Origin: Paraspadella gotoi
Lineage: Eukaryota > Animalia > Chaetognatha
Direction: 5' to 3'
Assembly: GCA_051294375.1 (NCBI GenBank)
Contig: CM119263.1
Coordinates: 4,110,161-4,174,160, forward strand
DNA: 64,000 bases
The notes below the pieces were generated by a model. It was not told the DNA's origin. It ran no database searches and saw only the letters and a list, made by a program, of their open reading frames with translations. Position numbers and translations under genes: made by a program. Shown piece after piece: positions 48,501 through 58,600 of the stretch. Each line of letters starts with the position of its first letter. The first letter of the stretch is position 1.

Positions 48501-51493
48501 CTGGCAATCTGGCATAATATGGTGAACTGGCAATTTTTCCCTATCTCTCTCTCTTTCTCGCTCTCTCTCTCTTCCCTCACTCTCACCTAATTACCTAATT
48601 CTCTCTTTTTTCTCTCTCTCTCTTTCTCTATATCTCTCTCTCTCTCTCAAACATTTCTTGTGAAGTAAAAACTGTTGATAATTCACAAGTGCGGATGAAG
48701 ACTTGAATTAAAAGTTGAAACAAGTTCACTGTTTAAAATAAAATCGTTGCTTGAACTAATGTATAATTATAAAATGTTTTTATTTTGACAAATAATAAAA
48801 AAATATTTAGTATTAAGTGCATTTTTATTACTTTCATGCCAATATTTTGATTCTGATGGACGAATCATTTTTCAAGGCTGTTTTTTTTGTATTTTGCCTC
48901 TCTCTCTCTCTCTCTCTTTCTCTCTCCCTGACTTTTTAGTCAGATCTGCTTAACGCAGATTCCGACTGTATAATCCACTTTGTAGGTCCGTCGGTCCCAC
49001 CCTAAAATCTTGTCGTTAATTATTTAAATCATATCAGAACATCAAATTATGATAAATTATGCAAAAAGGATGTCCGTCTGTCTGTCTGTCCATCCATCCG
49101 TGCGTTTATCCGTCCGTCCGTCCATCCAAATTATGCAAGTTGAACAATTTATGCAACTTGACCAAATTAATCAAGAGGACCAAATTAAGCAAGTTGACCA
49201 AATTAAGCCAGTTGACCAAATTTTCCAAGTTGACCAAATTATGCAAGTTGGTATTGGTTTAGCTTCTGGTTCATTGATAGAATAATTCATGTATAGATTT
49301 TTTCATAGATTTATTAAGACGTCTGTTATGATTTGTTATGTTATGATTTATTATAATCGGTTAAGATCACAAATTGAGAGTTAAAAATAATTATTGTGAT
49401 TTATCATCGGATTAGCTTATTACCACTAAATTATCGTTGGCAGATCCGTCATTGTTTGCTCAGATTTGTTGTGTAACAACTTACTTTTACTCTGGACTGC
49501 CTTAAAAAATGATTAGTCCATAAGAATCAAAATATGGGCAAAAAAGTAATAAAATTACACTTATGAATCGAATTGTTTAACACTAAATATAAGTTTATTC
49601 CTTATCAAAATAAAAAAAGAGTTTATATGCTTAATATTAAATCATTATCTCCTGTGCATGTGATGTCTCTTCAACAACGAATAAAGAAATAATATTAATT
49701 CTGAATTTTAACAGTTACTAAGAAACGAATCTTTTGAAACTGATATTTATTTTGTCTATTTAGAGCTATGATAGTTTTTTATGACAGATATGATAATTCT
49801 TTGTGATACAACTGTCATATGACAATAAAAACCATTATATTTATAATAGATCAAAAACTATTAATATTGCGTATTTGATAAGTTTTTTGAGCGTTAGTTC
49901 CGGTTTTTGACATGCCCACTAAGGCGGGCCAAAATTGAACACTTTCTATAACTTCTAGTTTCTCTCAAAAAAATTTCTTTTTTCCTTCTATTACTAAATC
50001 GATTTTCATTGCAAACATTTTGAATTAGTTCATAGAGTTGTACTGAAGCTTTTAAATATTTATTAATATATAACAAATGACAAATTTTTAATTTTATTTT
50101 TTAAGAACGGATTCCTATAGAGCTTGAAAAGTTAAATGAAAGTTAGTACTACAGTTTTTTTTAAATTTTGATAATAAATTGGTTAAAAATAAAAAAACCT
50201 AAAAAATCATCATCATTATTATCATTGGCTGAATTTTATAGTTTTTTAAAATTTTTATCAATAAAATAACAAAAATTTAAAATTTGTATTAATAACCTTT
50301 ATCGAACTTTTAAAACTCTACCAGAATCTATTAAAAAAAATTCAAAAATGTAAAAAAAATTTAAACTTTATATAGTAATAAAATAATCTTTTAATGCTTC
50401 CATGCGCTTATTAAACGTTTTAAGCACTTAAAATTATACTAGAAACTGAACAGGATAGTGAAAATTTTCGACTGCATTGTTAAAAAAAATACAGTGTAAT
50501 AAAGAAGCAATATTGCAATTTTTTTTTCCGAATTCCTCAAGCAAAATCATTACATACGTATATGAAACCATTCAATAAAAAAAATTTACTTTATTTATTT
50601 ATTTTTTATTTATTTATTTTATTTTTTTTTTTTAAATTTTATTTTATAAGAATGGGTAACCAACTAGCGGCAGTTGCATAAATTTTCAACCTTTCGAAAG
50701 GTTTACTTGTCGATGGTTGCTGGACTCGTTTTCTTCAACATCAACATCGATTCCGATGGAGAACAGATCAAAGTCATCGACGTGAGTAAAAAAAATTATT
50801 ATTTTTGCTGGAGAAATATAATAATGAGAATAGAGATATGATGACAAGAGTTAGTTGAACTTTCAATTGAATTATTTTTATTTTCAGGCAGTGAAAAACT
50901 TTTTCAACTCTTCGACTTGGAAAGAAATCGAAGATGCTTGGTTTCAAATATGGCATCATTACAAGCTTCACGGATTTTGGTTCGTTTGGGAGCAATTCAA
51001 GGAAGCTTTAGATTTGGGTGGACATCAGAGGTAAGTTATCGTTTTGAGAACGTCGCTTGTGATTAGAAAATAGATATTAAATTCGTAATTTTACCTAGGT
51101 GCCTTTGATTTAAATATTTTATTAAATGTTAAATAAAAAAAGGTAAACAATTGATATTTTACTGGATTCCCAACTCGTGGTGTTCGTTAGGGAATTCATT
51201 CTAACTCATTAAAAGATATAAATAACATGAACCAACACAACTTTATTTTTTCGAACATTCTCAGCGCGTGCGAAGTTCTCGCTCTAAACTGTAACTCTTA
51301 CACGGAAAAAGAGGTTCGCTCAAGATGTCGCCAGCTGTCGAAAAAGTGGCATCCGGACAGACATCGAGACCAAACGGAAAAAACAAAAGCCCAAGAGACT
51401 TTCATGAGGATTCAACAGGCGTGCAGCAAACTGTCCAACAGCAGAAAGACTAAAGAAAGAAAAAATAAAAAGGATTCGGAGACTTATGCTTGA
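39328..51493 (+). CDS. DNAJC22: DnaJ homolog subfamily C member 22 (wurst-like): N-terminal TM2 domain, TM region, C-terminal J domain
   Basis: Exons 39328-39537, 40292-40729, 50701-50781, 50888-51030 and 51265-51493 join in frame with GT-AG introns. TM2 motif YALWFVGGLVGLHHFYLG..GWVTDIWKIP; VKNFFNSSTWKE; J domain CRQLSKKWHPDR..AQETFMRIQQA. Confidence 0.92.
40292..40729 (+). CDS. DNAJC22: DNAJC22 exon 2 (TM region)
   Basis: taag| acceptor and gcg|gtgagt donor enclose 146 open codons. Confidence 0.85.
43112..44940 (-). mobile_element. 5'-truncated, decayed non-LTR retrotransposon (LINE, Jockey/I-group-like RT)
   Basis: Minus-strand RT motifs KSAPGEDNI, IPKKGK, FRPISLLSCVGKLYER, AFNRVWHNGL, CPQGGVISP and FADD (~44140-44153). 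The 3' end has AATAAA and (CCTATTAAA) repeats at ~43115-43147. Confidence 0.9.
45120..45850 (+). pseudogene. XK-related (Xkr scramblase-like) membrane protein relic
   Basis: HNLIHCIFEAFPQIIVQYY resembles the XK E-x-x-P-Q-x-x-L-Q motif. The flanking hydrophobic segments are interrupted by stops. Confidence 0.4.
46381..48099 (+). CDS. Intronless 572-aa multi-pass membrane protein of unknown family, nested in DNAJC22 intron 2
   Basis: 1719-bp stop-free, non-repetitive frame in AT-rich DNA, with many hydrophobic segments; ATG start; AATAAA at 48179-48184. Confidence 0.75.
   Translation: MSVAKSISNLRGTLLNSEINNVLCMTISKQIDMIQCMVGLCVCSYIIMVHVVRLAEITILLLLVILVRVFGFFEIQETMKILKTILCIESKDIRVSKKKRLNLIGFIRRSFLSLFLLSIFFLIEMQITITSQSKTGRQDHKIEWGLSDLKPKPVQLSLYKNVYHSNKKVHCAKINGKTKGSKWDRIEFSYFKNLSHIACKVPKTYQLVIKKPNSLVSLGNYKLFYPKFSTTLYMILSDLLLSFFYVVYIFFLKKSFILYHSLIFSMSSVILLVALCLKLSTIYNSIMYQEARHAIWSKSLYAPLYSLQLILFKHTTLISSVFIMGLTIFITNMSNRKQCRFKFYCIIINLFISSFLFFEILKVKMYNADEILSLSTKLCLGNLSYGETIKTPNEIHAKLFSLKFISDNFTFLTVLVMILPLKTIYQVLLVAKLKKKHIKPFFVTLVSILFIFVNLISETFLKCHSKKELQLSQGAFYPKKLPLNSRYFFYMYNSQLYSSDYNYITAFSQLVRNCMLTKLGTIPLSVMHLNKLKKFSEKVEENMKLIMCDDRFSAVPMHLVFVIIPFLFIYLD
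48137..49419. repeat. Inverted pair of a dispersed repeat with internal 18-bp tandem units (GGCATAATTTGGTCAACT); MITE/foldback-like
   Basis: 48137-~48530 is the approximate reverse complement of ~49127-49419. Confidence 0.7.
48930..49127 (+). mobile_element. HINE/DINE-like (Helentron-associated) non-autonomous repeat head
   Basis: T-run, short hairpin (GATCTGC..GCAGAT), then GTCC/GTCG microsatellite. Similar heads occur at ~35198, ~36273, ~59104 (+) and ~15953 (-). Confidence 0.45.
50701..51493 (+). CDS. DNAJC22: DNAJC22 exons 3-5 (50701-50781, 50888-51030, 51265-51493), including the J domain
   Basis: Canonical splice sites, consistent phases, HPD motif, TGA ending at 51493. Confidence 0.9.
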
Positions 51494-52309
51494 TCACAAT
51501 TTATAAAAAAAACGGAAAATTATGATGTAAATATTTCAAAATTGAATGTTTTATAGTATAAAATTATTCCATGTTGTATAAATTGTTGATTTTGTTGCTT
51601 ATTTTAAAAAACTAATGTGAATATTTGAAGTTGTAATAGTTTTGAAAATCGCGCCCCAGAGACGAGGTTTAGTTTCGATCCCCAATGGAATCGTTTTCCC
51701 CGTAAAGCGTCGGCGAGTCTCCTGGGCAGTTCCATTCCCTTTTGCAGGTCTCACCATTCACGGGGCGAAATCAAAGCAGAACTGAACCCGGAAAGCATGC
51801 ATAACTATTTTGATTATTATGGCCAGATTTAGGTCTATAGTAGCGCAGTAGTTTTTTTTGTTTGTTTTGTTTTGTTTTTTTGAGGAGCCGTCCGATGTCG
51901 AACAACGCTTACGCTTTACCCTCGTTTAGTAGTTTATTCTGCGCGCGAGAACACGCTGACAGCTAGCGGTTTTAACGGCGCCAAAGAGTTCGACGAACCT
52001 TTGGTGAGGCCGAGCGTGAAATGGGTAAGTCATCCAGAGGTAAGGTCTCGCATCGGGAAGCTTAAAGAAAACGGTTTTGTTTCACAAGGAGTTTTTTAAT
52101 ATTAATTGTAGAAGAGATTTAATGAAATGGTTATGCAGAGTGGCGATTGGCCTTAAACTTTACCCTCTAATATAGTAAAGCAGATAATCTTGCAATTTTT
52201 CACAAAAAAAAAAAATTTTCGCTTCTTGGCCTTTTTTTATTTTTTTTTTCCATTGATCGGCGTATGATTCAAAAGGACTCCTTTGTGGTCGTTAAAAAAA
52301 AAGATGATG

Positions 52310-53050
52310 ATAGAATATATATAGATAGATATAAATAGATAGATTAAATAGATATGATAGATAAATAGATAGATAGATAGATAGATAGATTAGTAGATAA
52401 TAGTAGACTAGATAGCATAGGAGTAGATAGATCAATACAGATGACGACAGTGTTAGTGAGCAGGAGGCGAAGATGATAGAGAGATAGATAGGATAGATAG
52501 ATCGAAAGATAGATAGAAGTAGATAGATAGATAGATGAACGACAGGTGTTATGAGCACGGACAAATATTGAGTGAGAGATAGTTAAGAATAAGATAGGAT
52601 ATAGATAGTAGATGACGATCAGGCTGTTTTATGAGCAGAGAGCAAGATGATAGAGAGATAAATAGAAAGATTAGATAGATAGCATAAATAGATATGTATC
52701 AGAGAGTAGTATGACCTGTCAGGTGTTAATGAGCAGAGAGCAGAAGGATGACTAGATGCGAGAATATAAAATAGCATAGTAATAGATTAGAACTAGATTA
52801 GATAGATAGATACGATAGATAGATTCTATCTATCTATCTATCTATCTTATCTATCTATCTTATCTTATCTTTCTATTTTATCTCTCCTATCTCTATCTAT
52901 CTATCAGTTATAGATAGATTAGATAGAAAGATAGTATAGTATTAAGATGACGCGACAGTGTTATGAGCAGCGAGGGCGAACGATATAGAAGAATAGAATG
53001 ATAGATAGATTAGAGCTAGATAGATAGATAGATAATAGAGCAGTAGCGAT
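52310..53050. repeat. Degenerate (GATA)n satellite with recurring GATGACGACAGTGTTATGAGCAG motif
   Basis: Directly visible. Strand polarity switches at ~52825. Confidence 0.8.
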
Positions 53051-53892
53051 AGAGGATAGTAGTAAAATGACTAGGGGGGGCGGGGAAAGAGGGAATAAAT
53101 GTCGCGCGTCCTCTTCTAAACCGAGAGGCGAGAGGCGGCAATCGTGAAATGAAAAGACAATTCATAGTCTGGACAAGTGACGATGAAATAAGCAGAGTTG
53201 TATATGTAATGTTTAACTCAGTCTAGATTTAGAAGTCAACAGTATGGCGGAAATATTGGATATATTTACTAACTATTTGTATAAGTACTTGTTCTAATTC
53301 TGCTTCAAACGCGGATGGTACTGTTGCGTCGTTGAAGTCATAGCAGACAATAGAACGTATCCTTAGAGGCGTGACTAGGTTGCTTATTTGTCAAAGCTTC
53401 TGGCCGAATGGTCCCAGGTTCTAGCCTAATCCGATGCGTTTCCCTGACGTGATTAGCTTTGCTTGGGAGGGAGAACATGAGCTTAGGGACACTTATTATC
53501 AAAACTCCTTACGCCGTACTGTCGCCGTATTTTTCTACTATTATTATCTCACATTTAAATGCTACTACTACTAATAATAGTAATAATACTATTAATAGTA
53601 AACATTCCCTTTTTATAGACACTTGATAACAAATATTTTAGTGCTACTACAATTCTTTGCGAAATTCAAGTGCCACGTATTAGAATTTCAAATAAAAGGC
53701 TGTCCTAAATTGTGGATAAGTCAAACTGAAAATTTTCCTTCAAGGTTGTTGACCTCTCTCTTTCTTTCTTTCTTTCTTTCTTTCTNNNNNNNNNNNNNNN
53801 NNNNNNNNNNNNNNNNNNNNNNNNNNNNNNNNNNNNNNNNNNNNNNNNNNNNNNNNNNNNNNNNNNNNNNNNNNNNNNNNNNNNNNNNNNNN

Positions 53893-53927
<35 letters not shown>

Positions 53928-54641
53928 CTCTAATCATCAAAAGTCCCTTCCACCTACGGTCCTACATCCTCTCCTACAACTGGTCCTACATCCGGTCCTA
54001 CATCCGGAACTCTTCCAATCACGCGCACCGCGCACGCGGCTTGCGCGCACATAACCGGATTCTCGCCCCGTCCCGTTCTCTCACACCAAGTTGCACCATC
54101 GAGCACCATGAGGTTTCTCTCCCCCTGTTGTTCCAGATTCTATCCGAAAGATCGGTCGTGGGTTGAAGACAAGGAGAGANNNNNNNNNNNNNNNNNNNNN
54201 NNNNNNNNNNNNNNNNNNNNNNNNNNNNNNNNNNNNNNNNNNNNNNNNNNNNNNNNNNNNNNNNNNNNNNNNNNNNNNNNNNNNNNNNNNNNNNNNNNNN
54301 NNNNNNNNNNNNNNNNNNNNNNNNNNNNNNNNNNNNNNNNNNNNNNNNNNNNNNNNNNNNNNNNNNNNNNNNNNNNNNNNNNNNNNNNNNNNATGAGAGA
54401 AAGAGAGGGGAGGGAGAAATAGAAAACGAAAACGAAGGAGAGAGAGAAGGGGAGAAGGAGAAAAGAGAGAGAGAAAAAAGGGAGAGAGAGAGAGGGGGGG
54501 ACAACACCCTCTCCCTTCACGTCCTTCTTTTAGTTTCCTCCTACACCTCCTCTTCCTTCCATTCCCTGGCCTTGCCATCAACTTACTTTTCCAGCATCAC
54601 GAGCTCGGCATATCTCTCTCTCTCTCTCTCCTCTCATCTCT

Positions 54642-54687
<46 letters not shown>

Positions 54688-55605
54688 GCTCTCTCTCTAG
54701 CAGATTTTCCAGGGACGCGGCCCCCCCAACGAGCGTTAAGTAGCGCCTTATACGGTTTTCTAAGAATTTTCATCTCTCTCTCTCTCTTCTCTCTCTCTTC
54801 TCCTCTCTCTCTCTCTTCTCCTCTCTTCTCTTCTTCTCTCTCTCTCTCTCTCTCTCCTTTTCCCAATCCCCTTGCACTGCGCTGGACTTGACTTGGTCTT
54901 CCAGCAGAAACCTGGTGGTCGTCCGCTATTGTCGTCGTCGTTGTCGGTCGTTTTCGTAAATCGTCGTCGCCGGGTTGGCACGCGCCGCCTCGCGACTCTC
55001 TTCTATCTTTCTCTCTCTCTCTCTCTCTCTACTTCCTCCTCTCTCTCTTCTCTCTCTCTCTCTCTCTTGTTCTGTATCTCTCTCTCTCTTTCATTTCTGC
55101 CCGACTCTCCCGACAAGACGCCCGCGTTGGAGTCGCTCTCTCGGACCGACGAATATTTTTCGTCGCCTCCACCGAAAAGTGTCGGCCCCTTTTCTCTTGT
55201 CGTCTTTTTGTCGGCCAGGCTCGTTATTTTTTCGGTTCGATTCTCTGGGGCAAAAAGAAAACTTGAAAATTCGTCGCAGAAAAATAAAAATCAACGAAAC
55301 GAAGAAACACGTTTTCCATTTGTTTCGTCGCGACGGAAAGATAGAGAGCGAGAGACTCGTGAAGCGGGAGCGAGAGTGAGAGAGAGACGAAAAAAAAACT
55401 CATGGGCGAAAAAGCGCGAATGAAAAACTAAAAAAAAAAATTTAAATAAAAAGAAAAAAAAAATTTTCGGTTTTGATTCGAAAGTCAGTCAGTCTCTCTT
55501 CTCTTTATTTCGAAGGAGCAACGATAGAGACAGAGACGGTGACACGCTCTCCGTCTCCGATGAAGCGACGACAGAAAGAAGAAAAACTTTTTTAATTCTT
55601 TGTAT

Positions 55606-55648
<43 letters not shown>

Positions 55649-58600
55649 TGTTTGTATCTCTCTGTGTGTTGTGTGTGTGTCGTCACACTTTCCCTTTCAT
55701 TTCCTATCGTTTTTTTTTTCCTTAAAAAAAGAAAATCATTGTGTCGTCGTTCACTCTCTCCGTTTCAAAATCTCAAAAGTCATTGTGCAAACTTTCTTGG
55801 AGACTTTCCCTGTGCACTGTGCAATCACGCGTCCGGACGTCAAAAAAAAAAAACAAAAATATAAAAAAAAACTAAAACAAAAAAATTACTGTTTATTCAC
55901 GTTGTATTTGTGGAGTCAGTCGCCCCGTAATCTCAAATCGTTTAGTGTAAAGGATCATCTACGAAACATCTATAAACGTCTATAAACATCTATAAACATC
56001 TATAAACGTCTATAAACGTCTACAAACATCGCTTGTAATCACCAAATTTATAATCTTTCGTTTTACATCGTCATCGAAAATTCATTCGCTGGATCTTTGT
56101 TGAGAAATTCACAGCTAAATAAAAGTGAGTATTGTTAACATATTATTAACATTATTATTTTGATCGAATGAGATTTTAGTTATGAGGAAGGAACGTTTGC
56201 ACTGCACTATGTTCTATGCCAGCTATTTAATATTTTACTAACTTGTGTATATGAGTTTACACCATAAGAATTTATAAAAATAGTTACTACTGCTCTAGAG
56301 ATTTCACAATTTTAGTTAAAACTTTTCCTTCTTTGAATTTTTCTAGGTTTCACTCTCGCTTCATCTCAAAAATCGCAAAATAGAAAACTTTCCAAGTTCA
56401 CATTCGCGAATTCGCGCCGTATCACACTCACCACGACTCAACCGTGTTCACAAAATCCCAACCGGTTGAAACTTTTCTCACAAGTCACTTCCATTCACTG
56501 CTATTTTCATCAGATAGGTGAGTTTTCACTGATGATGATAAAATGTATAATTTAGTGAGCTTCGTGGTTGTCACTGAAAATAAGTAAAATGCTCGTAATA
56601 AATAAAAATGAATATTGTCTCTCTTTCGGTTTTTATTGTCGTGAGCCGGTAAACAAAGGGGTTGCCATGGAAATTTCATGGGATTGGCGTTAAGGTCCTC
56701 GTCTCCATTGTTGCAATGTTTTCGGTCGTCGTCGTCGTCGTTCTCGTCGTCGTCGTTGTCATCGTCGTCGTCGTCGTCGTCGTCATCGTCGCATGAAAAG
56801 AAAAAGGAAAGATTTTTCGTGCGTCTGAGATTTGCGCTGCTCTGCCAAAAGTGGAGAGAAAAAGAGGAAGGAAAACAATCTGAAAGACGCAGTTTCTAAA
56901 TATAAATTACGACTAATAGAAACAGTATCATTAAACTTTAACATTAAAGGAATAATCATTATCCACTCATTAAATAAATATACATGGCCATGAAACTAAA
57001 TTACTTTGCATTTTTACTGCAAGTCGTTTCTTCAAACGCGACCTTACAATACGACTAAGCGAGAAACTAGATGAAGAGAGAAAGAGAGACAGAGAGCAGA
57101 CACCTGAGAGAGATAAGAGAGAACCGGAGAGAAGACGAGAAGAAGAGAGTTACAAACAAACTCACCGGAGAACAAAGAGAGAAAGAAGAAGCAGAGACAC
57201 CGAACCGAGAAAAAGAACGAGACGACAAACAACACAACGACAGAGAAGGAAAGAGGGAGCCCCGAGAGAACATCCTAAAAACACTCCCTACACATTTGGC
57301 TCAAACTGCCCCGGGGACCTCAGACGGGACGCACCACTGAAAGTCGAAACAGCAATATCAGCAACAACTTCACGACTCATCGACAGTTGAATAGTGACTC
57401 CGCATTATCGAATACCAAATCGAGGCAAGGAAAGCCAGCTTACAGAACTCATGAGCAGAGAAGCGAGAAGAGAACGAGAGAAAGAGATAAGAGAGAGAGA
57501 GAGAGAGAGTTAAACTAGGTCGGGACAGGATTAAATATTTTATGTTTTCTCTTTAACTTTTCTCTAAGATTTTGCAGATTTTTTCTCCGGATTTTCGTTA
57601 GGAGGAGGAAGAAGAAGAAGAAAGAGAAGGAGAAAGAGGATTATGAGGAGGATGAGGAGGAAATGGAAGGAAAGGAGGAGGAAAAGGGAGGAAAGGAAAG
57701 ATGAGGAGGAAGATGGAGGAAAGGAGGAGGAAAAGGGAGGAAAGAAAATATGAGGAGGAAAAGGGAGGAAAGGAGGAGGAAAAGGGAGGAAAGGAAAGAT
57801 GAGGAGAAAAAGGGAGGAAAGGAAAGATGAAGAGGAAAAGGGAGGAAAGGAAAGATTAGGAGGAAGAGGAAAGGACTTAATGGAAAAACATCCTTATCTT
57901 TTTTTTATCTACTTTGTCATTGTCATTATTTTTTTGATCATCATCATCATGATTGAGCTAATTTTCATCTTCGTCGTCGTCGTCGTCGTTGTCCTACTTC
58001 TCGTTCTCGTCCTCTTGTTCTCGTCCTCCTCGTCCTCGTCTTCCTCTTCTTCCTCGTCTTCCTCGTCCTCCCGGCTCGCAATGTCATTTGGGCCCCAAAC
58101 ATCGAGGGGCCAAAGGAATAAAGCAAGTGGCGAAGGGATATTATAGATGAGCAGATGGCGAATGGCGAATGGCGAATGGCGAATGGTGTATAGCGAAAGG
58201 CGAGAGAAAAGATTAGGAAATCCTGAAGAGCAGAACAAGAGAAGGAAAAATGACCATAGAGAAAGGAAACTGGAAAAGAGAAAATGGTAAAAGAAAATAG
58301 GAAATGGAAAGAGGAAAAAGGGAAAATAGAAAAGGGAGAAAGGAAATGGAAAAGGGAAAATAGAAAACTGAGAAAGGAAACTGGAAAATAGAAAATGGAA
58401 AAGGAAAATAGGAACTGGAAAAAGGGAAAAGGGAAAGGGAAAATAGAAAAGGGAGAAAGGAAATGGAAAAGAGAAAATGGAAAAATAAAAAAGAAAACAG
58501 AAATGGAAATATCAAAAGAAAAAAATGGGAAAGGGAAAAGAAAATAAGGGANNNNNNNNNNNNNNNNNNNNNNNNNNNNNNNNNNNNNNNNNNNNNNNNN

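Noticed and set aside
52012-52021. U3 snoRNA box B (GAGCGTGAA)
   Set aside because: No U3 5' domain, box C or box D in the expected positions.
52148-52240. U12-like (GCCTTAAACTT) and U2-like (TCGCTTCTTGGCCTTTT) 5' motifs
   Set aside because: The matches are short and the following sequence lacks the rest of either snRNA.
57068-57400. Arg/Glu-rich possible exon
   Set aside because: Purine-rich low complexity explains the open frames, and no recognisable motif was found.
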